64,000 nucleotides of DNA from Mobula birostris. Lineage: Eukaryota. The stretch is taken from contig NC_092387.1 of the NCBI RefSeq assembly GCF_030028105.1, forward strand, positions 38,945,590-39,009,589, in the 5' to 3' direction. Below the pieces are notes generated by a model. It made no database searches and had not been told where the DNA came from. It saw nothing but the letters and a program-made list of their open reading frames with translations. Made by a program: the position numbers and the translations under genes. Positions 24,501 to 35,446 of the stretch are shown here, in pieces (within the stretch, counting starts at the first letter, position 1; every line of letters begins with the position of its first letter).

Positions 24501-27029
24501 CAGTTGTCTTTCCTCAGGTTAATGATTTTGTCCTTGTGGTATTTAGGGCTCTTACCTAATGACTGTGCTAATCATGTTCCATGATTTTTCAATCAGTAAA
24601 AGTGAAACTTATCCTATGCTATTACCCAAAGTCACTGTCTTTCTACTTATCTTCTATACTGCCTAACAGCTCTCACCAAATTCACAGATAATGAAGAATG
24701 ACGACTATCCGAGTCATTCACAGAATACTAATATTTTGCCTCACTTATCAAATATAGGTCTCTCACAATTATTTTCTTACATAATTTCTTTCTTCCAATA
24801 TCACATGATCTACCTGAGTTTGCTAGTTGCATATATTTGTACTACATTGTTTCTTACAACATCGTTCCAGGCTCAGACTTATATTGGGAAGTCAAAACTC
24901 AGCTGATTGACAAAGCCCTGCACAGCAAAGGAACTTTCTGTCCATGTGGCAAACTTTGCCCTTAAATGGCTCATACAGCCGGTAATAGTCTGTTCTCAGC
25001 CTCATCAGCTGTCAAAACTTTCCAGTGACCAACAGCATCACAGAATGCTGTGTAGTTATTTTAACAGTATTATATTTATAGTCTGTATGTGAAATCAAAG
25101 TGCTATATTTTCATTACTTTCTTCCTTGCTTTTGCTTGTCCTTTAAGCATATTTCTTTTTATTTTTACAGGTGAAACAACATGTAACAGCATTGACATTT
25201 TCCTATTTTTAAAAAAATTTGATGTCTGTTTAATGCACATACAAGATTCAAGTTTATTTGTCACCTGTACATTGAATCATACAGTGAAATATGTGGTTTT
25301 CATTGACAACCTTTGTCTTGCTTAAATAAAACTGTTAACTAAGCTTCAACAGTCTTACAAGTTTTGTGGCTGTATTTGAGTTGGTGTTAGGAGTAGTGTC
25401 ATCATCCTCTAGCAGAATGATTATGTTAAGGTTGCCACTGTCCGTGCAATGACCCTCAGAAACTGAGCCTGCGGTGAGTGAACTTATCCCTGTGATTCGT
25501 GTCCAGCAACTGAGGCAAAAATGATCCTGCAGGACAAATGAATGAGGAGCAGTGGAGACCAGATGACTGATGGTAAATGTAAAAACAATATGAAAGCAAT
25601 TGTCATTAACTTACTCAATTACTGCCTCAGTAAAACACCAACAGAAGTGAGCAGAAGCAAGCAGAAAAAAAGAGTGCCCATGACCAGGTGCCAGTTTTCA
25701 GAAGCCTACATTATTTAAATGTGAGATTAGGAGAAGATTGGGCTTGATCAGATGAGTGATAAAATCTGATTAAAGAGAAGAATTGAGCCCTATCAAAAAT
25801 CTGTGTGTAAATTTGACAGATGTTAAGGAAGAATAAGGCACCTGTCTACCTTCCAGCACTCCAGGTGAACTGATTTAAGACAACTCTGCTTGGAGTTATA
25901 GGATCGGGAAAGGGGGTTCTTGGAACAATACAAAAGAAGTGAGTTAGTGCTGGAATACTACTCTCTGTAGAGTCCTTACTATACCAGTTTGCTTTACTAA
26001 CCAAAATGCTTGTACTAACCAAAGGTTATTATTCTAACACAGGTGCATACCAAAATTTAATTGTAGACTTTCTGAAGAGAAAAGCAAGTAAGTTCCTTGT
26101 AATGCTGTAACTAGTGGTATAACTCCAGGCGGTCTGTGCTAGTGTGATTTATTGTTAGTTTCTCAGCCTTAGATTATTGCAACTTGTATTGAATTCCAGA
26201 AATTCTGACTCTTGTACTAATATGCTTTGTACCAGTGCCAATGTTTTCTTTGCATGTCAGTGGTCCTCACTCAGGACAGAAAATTTCTTACCCTAAAACA
26301 GGATTTCATTATTAGTGCATATTTCCTTGTGTGACTCTCATCTAAGACAACCTTTCATTGTATTTCAGTGACCTCTAATGCATCTCACTCTTGGTAAGAT
26401 TTGCTTAACTAATGGCAGAATCCATTAAGAGGTAAGTGTCACTCATCCAGTCCTTTCTCGGTCAATAGCATTCCTTGTTCAGTCCTATGTTTTTCTATCA
26501 GGTGTAATTGTATCATAAACTCAATGTGAATCTCATTTGATTTTTTTCTTGTCCAACACCTTAAATGACAATTATTGCAAATCAATACCACAACCGTTTC
26601 TTATTCATTTCCAATGCCTTTGGCAGCAAATGCTATTCCTTTTCTCCTTAAAGATCACACCTCTCTTCTTCAGCACTACTTTCCAAGTCAGGATTTCTCA
26701 CTCAAGTACCAGTACATTTTTTACCTTGTGAGATCATGTCCTGCTCAGTAACTGTCCTCCCGGGGTGAGCTCTCCCATTCTGCCCCTGTTCCCATTATGC
26801 CTATGTGTCAGGCACTAACAATAGACTTCCAATACCTCTCATCGGTGCCAGAATCTCTCCTCCAGGATCCTGTATCATTCACACATCTCTCATGCAAATG
26901 CAGCATTTCTCACCCAGTGTAATAGTTCTCATGCAATACCGGTGTTTCTCACTCAGTCCTTCTGCAAGTTAGAAACAATGAATGAATGAAGGATACTTAG
27001 GCTTGGGTGAAAAATACTTCCCTTGGGCA

Positions 27030-27425
27030 AGCTAGGGCTTTTCTCTTTGGAGCAAAGGAGGAAGAAAGGTAATTTGATAGATGAGTATAAGATTATAAGA
27101 GGATAGCCAGCACCGTACACCCAGGGCGGCAATGGCTACTGGCAGGGGATGTATTTTTAAGGTGATTGGAAGAAAATGTTGAGAGGATATCAGAGGAACT
27201 ATTCTTTTCACACAGTATGGTAAGTGCATGGAATGCACAGCCAGGGGTGGTGGTAGAGGCAGATATATAACAGACATTTAAGAGACTGTTAGAGAGGCAC
27301 ATTGATAAAAGGAAAATAAAAGGGCTATGTGGGAAGGAAGAGTTAGATTGATCATGGAGTGATTCAAAAATCAGCACAACATCATGGGCTGAAGACCCTG
27401 TACTGTGTTCTACATTCGATGTTCT
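27030..27425 (+). mobile_element. CR1 LINE 3' end fragment
   Basis: ctagggcttttctctttggagc...ttttcacacagtatggtaagtgcatggaatg...cacaacatcatgggctgaag...tgtgttcta. Confidence 0.8.
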
Positions 27426-28639
27426 AAATACAGGCAGTGAATGAGAAATACCAGTTGTGGCAGAGATATTGGCATTGAGTGAGAAGCGCTGGTACTAGAT
27501 GGTTGAGAATCCCATCAACAGACAAGAAGTACAGATAGTGACTGTGAAACATTTCAGTGGCTGAAAGATGCTAATACCAGGTGTGAAAAAACTCCAATGG
27601 CTGAGAGAAACTATATGAGAAATACCATCAGTAGAGAAGGATTCCCAGTGAGTGAATACTACCGTTAGTATTGCGAGTCAACAGGAGTGCTAAGGAAGAC
27701 TGCAAGTGAATGAGAGATAGAGGCACCGGCATAACAGTCAAAGTTGAATGTAATGGTAATGGACTTGCTCTGCTCCTGGCCCTATGCCATCAGTAGATTG
27801 TCATCAGCAGACCATCTTTTTCACCTAGTATCTCATAGTAAATAGTAGTGTCTCTTATTTACTGTTAGATCTCATCCAGTCATCATTTTTCACGCAGTGA
27901 TAGGATCTCAGCATCTATCAACATTTCTCATTCAATGGCAGTACCACTCGATCTTTATCCTTCAACTCTCACCAGTGCAAGTCCCAGCTACCTTTTACAC
28001 ATTGCTAGTATCTCTCAGTCACCGGTGATATTTTCTCACATTACCACAATCTCATTTTTTGATGATGTTTCTCAGCCAGAATTAGTAACTCATCAGTTGT
28101 AAATATTCGCACTCAGCCGTTTATCTCAGCAACCGATGTTGCCTCTCAATTGAAGGCATGAACTCTACATTTGTTATTGGTTCTCATATAGCGCCAGCAG
28201 CTCAGGCAATGAATGTATTCTTCATTCACCACAAGAATCTCTGTGTTTTTTACTGTTAAAAACTTTGTCACTGATTGCATTTCTCATTAGTGTCACTATG
28301 TCAACTGTTATCACTTAGTGCTACGATCTCTCATCAATAAATGTTTCTTCTCACACAATCAGTAGCTCAACCAATGTCAGTATATCTCACCCAATACCAG
28401 TATCTCCACAAAGGCAGATTTTCTCACCCAATATTAGAATCCCAAAAGCTAGCAATGACTCTCACCCAGTGCCAGCACCTACACTAAATGACAGTATTTC
28501 CAACAGTGCCAGAGATTTTCACCCAAAAATGATAGTGTCATATCCAGTGAAATTGTTGCATACCCCTGCCAGCAACCCCATCAGCACCAATGTTTCTCAC
28601 TGGTTGTTAGTACCCAGTGCCAGTATGTCCAGTCAGTGT

Positions 28640-28825
28640 TCAGATTCATGTACCATATGTGCATTGAAACACACAGTGAAATGTGTCATTTGTATTAACA
28701 ACTGACACACCTAGGGTTGTGCTGGGCGCACCCCCACAAGTGTCACCACACATTCTGGCATCGACAGAGCAAGCCCACAATGCTGGGCAGAACAACACAG
28801 GACACAACAAAACACAACAGTGTTC
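28640..28825 (-). mobile_element. SINE 3' fragment
   Basis: Resembles the reverse complement of the 3' part of the SINE at 39715-40020 (cacaagtgtc.cca; cagtgaaatgtgtcatttg). Confidence 0.5.
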
Positions 28826-29018
28826 CCTGTCTAGTGCCAGTGAATCTCACCCACTGCCAGCATCTCCACCAGTGTCCGTTTTCTTTACCTAGTGCCAGAG
28901 CTCCTTACCCACTGCCAGTGTTCCTTGCCCAGTGCCAGTATCTCAACTAACGGCAGTGGCTCCTACAGGGAACAAGAACTTTGCCCAAAACTAGAGTCGC
29001 GGCAGCGCCAGTCGCCCT

Positions 29019-29636
29019 NNNNNNNNNNNNNNNNNNNNNNNNNNNNNNNNNNNNNNNNNNNNNNNNNNNNNNNNNNNNNNNNNNNNNNNNNNNNNNNNNN
29101 NNNNNNNNNNNNNNNNNNNNNNNNNNNNNNNNNNNNNNNNNNNNNNNNNNNNNNNNNNNNNNNNNNNNNNNNNNNNNNNNNNNNNNNNNNNNNNNNNNNN
29201 NNNNNNNNNNNNNNNNNNNNNNNNNNNNNNNNNNNNNNNNNNNNNNNNNNNNNNNNNNNNNNNNNNNNNNNNNNNNNNNNNNNNNNNNNNNNNNNNNNNN
29301 NNNNNNNNNNNNNNNNNNNNNNNNNNNNNNNNNNNNNNNNNNNNNNNNNNNNNNNNNNNNNNNNNNNNNNNNNNNNNNNNNNNNNNNNNNNNNNNNNNNN
29401 NNNNNNNNNNNNNNNNNNNNNNNNNNNNNNNNNNNNNNNNNNNNNNNNNNNNNNNNNNNNNNNNNNNNNNNNNNNNNNNNNNNNNNNNNNNNNNNNNNNN
29501 NNNNNNNNNNNNNNNNNNNNNNNNNNNNNNNNNNNNNNNNNNNNNNNNNNNNNNNNNNNNNNNNNNNNNNNNNNNNNNNNNNNNNNNNNNNNNNNNNNNN
29601 NNNNNNNNNNNNNNNNNNNNNNNNNNNNNNNNNNNN
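29019..29636. other. Assembly gap (N run) next to the GC-rich CpG island
   Basis: 618 N. Confidence 1.
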
Positions 29637-29668
29637 CCGCTCCTGTACAAGAGAACTGCTCACCGCCT

Positions 29669-29780
29669 CCCCCCCCCCCCCCCCCGCCACCACCATCCAC
29701 CACCATCCACCACCATCCACCACAGCCGCTGCGCGAGCCCAGCCCGGGGGTGGCGGTGGGGTTGGCGCGCGCGCGCGCGC
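29669..29780 (+). repeat. Poly-C17, (CCACCACCAT)3.7 and (GC)8 simple repeats
   Basis: C run 29669-29685, 10-bp tandem 29687-29723, (GC)8 29765-29780. Confidence 0.9.
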
Positions 29781-30022
29781 ACTGGGGGCTTTTGCGCCCA
29801 CTCAGGGAGTACGGGAGCCGAGCCCTGGCAAGGAGGTGGGGGGGGGCACACCCATACCAACTCTCGCTGCCTCCCACCACCCCGCTGCTACACTCGCCTG
29901 CACATCTCCGCCGCTAAACACCAAGCACAAAGCCAATCAGCCTTGTTTGCATCTCGCTCCTCGGGAGGGCGGAGAGAGAGATATATATAAAAATAAAAGC
30001 AAACCAACACCGCTCCACTTAC

Positions 30023-30174
30023 TTATCCAAGACAAAGTACAGATCGAAAGCTCCGTGACAGGACGTTTTGTCATCGGCTTTGTTCTTCGGGCCAGGAGTC
30101 GAGGAGCAGCGGGCGCTAAGAAGAAGCAGCGCGCTCAGCGCCGCTCCGCAGACGCCGCTTGTACACCTCGCCAT
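30023..30174 (-). CDS. ANTXRL: Anthrax toxin receptor family gene (ANTXR1-like sequence, ANTXRL position), coding exon 1: signal peptide and start of the vWA domain
   Basis: ATG at 30174. Translates MARCTSGVCGAALSALLLLSARCSS...SCHGAFDLYFVLD(K), compared with ANTXR1 CYGGFDLYFILDK. 152 nt, ends AA|gtaagt (phase 2). Lies in a CpG island. The symbol rests on synteny with ZNF488/RBP3, not on a phylogeny. Confidence 0.9.
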
Positions 30175-30389
30175 TCTCAGCACATGAACTATTAACCCCC
30201 CACCCCCCAAATATAGCCCCACTCAGACGTATGTACGACAGCAGCCGGAGCCTGGGGCTTTGCTATTGCTGTGCACAAAATTCCAACGAATGATTTTGCT
30301 TCTCCGCAAATTGGCGTTTGCGGAGTACGTCAGCCTGAGATTCCCCTGCGGTCAGACTGACGTTTGCTCAGCCCACTGTAGAGGCGCCA

Positions 30390-31020
30390 ACTGCTCACTG
30401 CAGCTTGGGTTCAACCCCGTCCCACGAATAACACTGGCAGCCAGTGCAGTCCAGCATTGGATTATCCTCTGTCCCCCGTCCCTGCACTGCACTGCAGCCA
30501 GTGCACTCTGGTCAGAGACTAGTTCACGTCCTGCTCCCGGCACTGGCAATATTGCACTTCTGCCTGGGATCACCCCACATCTTGATCCCTGAACTGCAAC
30601 CAGTGCACTCTTGTCTGGGATGGGCCCCATCCCGATTTCTGTAGCCTGGGTACAGCCAGTTCCTTTTCATTGACTCTGTTGGTTTTTTTCTATTTACTGT
30701 GAATGCCCGCAAGAAATGAATTTCAGGGTTCTATATGGTGGCATATACAAATAATGCATATGCCATAATAAATTTATGATAATTTACTTCGAACTTTTGA
30801 ACTTTGCCCTGACAATCAATGCACTCCCACTTGGTACCCATCCTGTCTCCTTCCTGCAATGACAACTAGTTGCAATATGGTCTGCGAACAATGCCCGTTC
30901 AGTTTCCAGCCCTGGCAATCAGAACATTGCAGTCTGGGATCTATCCCCGGCGCCCTCCACACACTGGCGACAAGTGGATTTCATTCTGGGATCACCCTCT
31001 TCCGCTCTCTACAACTTGCG
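30390..31020. repeat. Degenerate tandem repeat of about 50 bp upstream of ANTXR exon 1
   Basis: About 8-9 units of ca.ccagtgcact...tctgggatc.cccc...ccctgcactg, interrupted by a LINE tail at 30662-30806. Confidence 0.6.
30662..30806 (+). mobile_element. LINE-derived 3' tail fragment ending (GAACTTT)n
   Basis: gtgaatgcccgcaagaaatgaatttcagggtt.tatatggtg...aatttacttcgaacttttgaacttt is the reverse complement of 4593-4690. Confidence 0.7.
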
Positions 31021-31035
31021 GTATCGTCCCCTGCT

Positions 31036-31218
31036 ATTGCTATTGACAGTGCTTCTAATTCCAGTCCAGTTTATTGAACTGACAGCCGGTGCACCGCTCA
31101 TTGCAACTTGAGACCAGTCTGTACCCCTCCTGGCACTGCCAACCAGCTCACAGAGAGTGCTATGCTGGTTGTCAGTTCAATAAATTGAACTGGAATTAGA
31201 ATCCTTGTCAATAGCAAT
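31036..31218. repeat. 55-bp inverted repeat with a 73-bp spacer (MITE-like)
   Basis: 31036-31090 against the reverse complement of 31164-31218 gives 47/55 identity by manual alignment. Confidence 0.85.
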
Positions 31219-34200
31219 TTTGAAAGATATAATTGGGGCCGGAAAATGTGGCAGGATTGTGAAGAAGTGCTCCAGAATTGTGTTGTTGGTCATAAAGAAA
31301 GCACGACCACGATGGGCCGAATTACGTTATTTGCTGCGATGTGTTTTTGTACATTCAATCCATAAAGTGCTTTTAATTAGCCTGCATGAGCAAACCTTAA
31401 TATGTATCACAATAAGGTTTGTAACTGTTCTTTCTAATTTTATCATGTCCCCGCTTCCCCAAAGCTTCTCACTCACATCAATAACAGAATCCTTTAAAAC
31501 GATTACACAAATTACTCAAAAAACTCAAATATTTTAAATGATTATTTTATTTTACGAAATTATCATATTTAATGTTCACGTTCATTAATTGAGTAAGGCG
31601 CTGAGGTTTTTTTGTAAAGCTGGAGTTGCAGGGTTGTTACTGCGACATTCCATGGTTAATCATGAGTTTGGGTTTCTGACCTGAAAGACGCTGGAGGTTT
31701 CCAAAATACCATGCAATATATAATTATTAGTAAGAGGGCGCTTGAGAGATAAAGTGCAAACGATAGGAAATGTTATCGTGAAATAATATTGTTATGTTCA
31801 ATTACGTCCAATATAAGTATTCTTTCATCAGTCTGAACAATATAGGCGCTGTGTTTCCGCGTCTTGTTGTTGAGAAATGTTTCTCCTGCTGCGACTCCTA
31901 AAGCTGAATAATAATTCATATTTGTCCTCAAGTAAGTAGATCGTCTTTCAAAATGTTATCAGATCAGCCCATTTCTAGGGCATCTTGATAAATTCTGCAA
32001 ACGGACTTATATTATTTAATTATGTCCTCAAAGTCATCAATGAAGTGTTACTTTTGAAACATTTGTTATTGTTGTCACCGAAGTTGAAACACCACAGATT
32101 TGTATTTAAAAGGCTGAAAGAGTACACCGCAGTTCACGATATCCAATCAGTCTGTTGCTCGATTCCCAGCTTAAACATGTAAATAAACATGTGGTAACAT
32201 AAATCATATTTTCGCATTTTCAATCACAAGCAAATTTGTACATTGCTTGGCATTATTAATACCTAGGAATTTTGAACTTCCGAACGCAAAGTGCCCTGTC
32301 GTTTTAATTTAGAATATGCCAAGCAGGACGTACATGGGAATAAACTTAAACGAAGTTAATATTGTTATTTCGGTAATTGTCAGAATGGAGACAGAATATT
32401 ATAGTTGAAAATGCAGTCGCGTATCTTTGCGTTCATGTATGAAAATGTTAAGATAGTACAAATACAAACAGATCCTGATGTAAACAAACAAATTTCAGCA
32501 GAGATTTTGTTAAAGAACAACTGTGAAATGCTTACTTAAAATCACACTGAAAGATTGAAAATGGGACAGTGAACTAAGAGACTGAAGGTAAATTGTAGTA
32601 TTTTACTAAGCACCCCTCTTTTAAATCTAATTCACAGCTCCCATCGTATAATCAGTGCATTGAAATTCCGTTCTATAGAAGACTTGATTTACTTCATTGT
32701 CAAATTATTCATTTTAGCTTTATTAATGGTGAACATTTCTCCACAATACCGCTCTTAAATGTAAAAGCAGCTCTTAAAATTTGACTTTTTGTCGTATAAG
32801 CAGGCATTTTTTCAGCGATGGGGTGCATCTTCATTCACGGCTACACAACTACCCTATAAACATTAATCAAAAGGGCTGGTTATTTCAGATGTCAAGATGT
32901 TCATAGGAATTTTCTGTCAGGCGTTGACGCGCCTTTATTTGGAACGACGTCTTTCAAAAGTGATGTTGCTCTTTGAACTGTAGGCATATTTGATTGTGAC
33001 AAGATATTTGACCATTATAGAAGCATTTTTACATAAGCAATTCGCAGATGACTTTTACATGGAACGAGTTAGACAACTGACCAGGAGCAGTCTGTCACGC
33101 AATTGCGATTTCGCGCATTTACCAATTAGATGCAACTTGTTTATCCAGCAACATTATATGACTAATTCTAGGACAGGAAGAAATAAGAATACAGTGTTCA
33201 TAATGGCCAGCTGCATTAGAAACCGTTTTCTAGAAATATATTATGGAATATTTTAACGAAAGTTAGAAGTTACCCACAGCGCTTCGTTTAACCAACGATA
33301 AATGGCACACCGTCGCAATTTATTTCCAGGTGAGCTGGTAAATATTCTATAGCACTTTGTACATCATTCCGAAGGGATGAAGATGGAAATTAATTGTTCG
33401 TCTTCTTTATGAAATGTTTACAGGAAAAAGTCTTGTTTAGATTGATACGGCTGATTCCTGGAAGACTCTGTACTTTTTGACAAAATGTTCTTATTCTTAT
33501 ACACATAAAATGGTTACAAACGTAATCCCATTTCGGGAACTGCTTGAACAAGAATTATAGCAATTATTAGAATAACGAATAAAATAGTTTTTAAAATGCA
33601 ACGTTTTCCCTCAAACAAGTGGCGTATTTCGGATGTAATTATCTCGCTGCGTGGAATTGTAACTTGTGCAACGAAAGTTCCTTTTAAATTCTCCTGAATC
33701 CAAAAGACTTCTGAATGTCAAGTAGCTGCGCCATTTTATAATGAGCATTAACTGAATTAGACCAGTGTTTTTATCTGGCAGAATTAGTCATAAATAATGC
33801 AGTAACCCGCTGGTTTATAAATATTAGTACAGAAGACCGTCCTTGTGAATCAACCCGCCGTCATCGCTTGTCACGCTCTTGTTAAATATGCACAACAGAC
33901 TCGAAAGTGGTTATCCTTTCTTAAAATACATTTTGTAAAATTCACATCTTCCAAAAAACAGTGGTACAAATTAGTTACACCGACGTTTTCTTCCAGCAGA
34001 ATTATATGATAATCTTGCGAACTTTCGTATTCAGTAAGTTTTTTTTAAAGATCTGCGACTCTTCTCTTTCATTGCTTAGCAGATTTAGGATCGGCTAGAA
34101 TGTCGAACAAAAAAATAAAGACATGAAGTTAATGTTTAGATCGCATAATGTGTAAGCGAAGAAATTCGGAATTTGTGAATCTTTACAGAAACAAGATCAT

Positions 34201-35389
34201 TTCACACTGCTTTTGCGCTTATACTGGAAAAAGGCTGGTGCGCGATTATCTTCAAATGAGTTAAATATTATTGCTATTGTTCTTAAGGAGTAATCACTAT
34301 CATTGTTTACAGCTTCATAAAATTCAATGTACTCTAAGATAACGGTTCGACATAAATATGTAATATTTAGTATTTGACCTTAGACTAGGTGGTTTAAATA
34401 ACCTAAATAGATAATATTACTTTTAATCATTATAAACAGTATGCATCAGATTCCATATGTTATAGAAAATATTTTAGAAGGTATTAAATATTTCTTTAAT
34501 GCACTACAATTGTTGGTTTCCATGTTTTCATTAATAGGGTTGCTCCATATAACCACCAATGAAAGTGCCAATTGAGAGTGCATGCAAGCGGAAGAGCCCA
34601 GGGATTGCTTGGCACGCTTCACTGAACAAATGATCTTGCAAAGGAAAGTGTCTTTTACAGCGGGACAAACTGTCATTTCCACGCAGCGCTCGCCAGCGTC
34701 ACTCTCACTTTCAGGAATCAATAGACATCGCAGAGCCCAAAGAAGGTTCTACCTGAGGGAGAAATAGAAGAAATCAATTCCAAAGAGCCATCGACTGGCA
34801 CTGGTAAATGCAAGCTGGGTTTGTCTCTGTCTGTAGATGCCGACTGTCTGTGGGTATTTTATACGAGTATATGTTGTAGACTTGTGATAAATCTTCTTTC
34901 CGTTCTGGCCAACAGTCACGTTTTAAATACCGAGACTGGAATCTGAGAGCAATCTACATAATGTTAACTATCGCAAATCAAGAAGGTGCTTTTATTTGTA
35001 ACCTTTTAGATGCTAGCTTATTTGTTTAATCAAATACATTTAATAAATCAGATACCGTTATGATAATGTAGAGCTTGATATGGTTAAATCGCGATTATTC
35101 AGCCAGGATTAAGAACTACGCTCATCTTGAATATAAATTCATAATACGCTATTGCTAAGACTATATTTTTAAATATATATTTTAAATTACTTAAAACAAT
35201 CCGAGCGGTAACTAGTAACAATCTTTGATTACGCGCAAAGTGGCGATTTTAAACATGATCATTACTGGTGATGGTGGATAAGAAAGGCCGGAACTAACAG
35301 GCAGACAGATGGACAGACAATGGGGATCAGACTCAGTGAGCTGATATGCATCAAATGAACAATCCTCTGACTTTCCTCTCAAGCACAAT

Positions 35390-35446
35390 GGAAGGGAGAG
35401 AGAGCGAGGGATGGAAAGAGGGAGGGAGAGAGAGAGGGGAGAGAGA
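35390..35446 (+). repeat. GA-rich purine tract
   Basis: Imperfect (GA)n/(GGGA)n run. Confidence 0.8.

Larger units (their letters stand above)
26690..28950. repeat. Degenerate minisatellite-like tract with a unit of about 20 bp (TCTCACCCAGTGCCAGTA-like) and an inverted internal block
   Basis: Recurring tctca/cccagtgccag motifs at 26690-26965 and 27800-28950; reverse-complement tgaga motifs at 27430-27730. Confidence 0.55.
29637..30390. promoter_or_regulatory. CpG island over the ANTXR-family promoter, exon 1 and the start of intron 1
   Basis: GC- and CpG-rich segment overlapping the first coding exon, in contrast to the AT-rich, CpG-poor intron. It may extend into the N-gap. Confidence 0.75.

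Noticed and set aside
1564-30022. Additional ANTXR exons or a nested gene in intron 1
   Set aside because: Exons 1 and 2 join in frame with no missing residues (LDK|SGS). The intronic ORFs are transposon-derived or featureless.
28892-30195. Long Pro/Gly-rich ORFs of 219-404 aa
   Set aside because: They span the 618-N gap and simple repeats in the CpG island. Only the minus-strand ANTXR exon 1 is supported.
30175-30222. Upstream extension MGLYLGGGGLIVHVLR of the ANTXR exon-1 ORF
   Set aside because: It starts at a non-ATG codon. The ATG at 30174 gives a proper signal peptide.
30390-31020. CRISPR-like repeat-spacer array
   Set aside because: Vertebrate DNA, the units are diverged along their whole length, and there are no identical repeats or cas genes.
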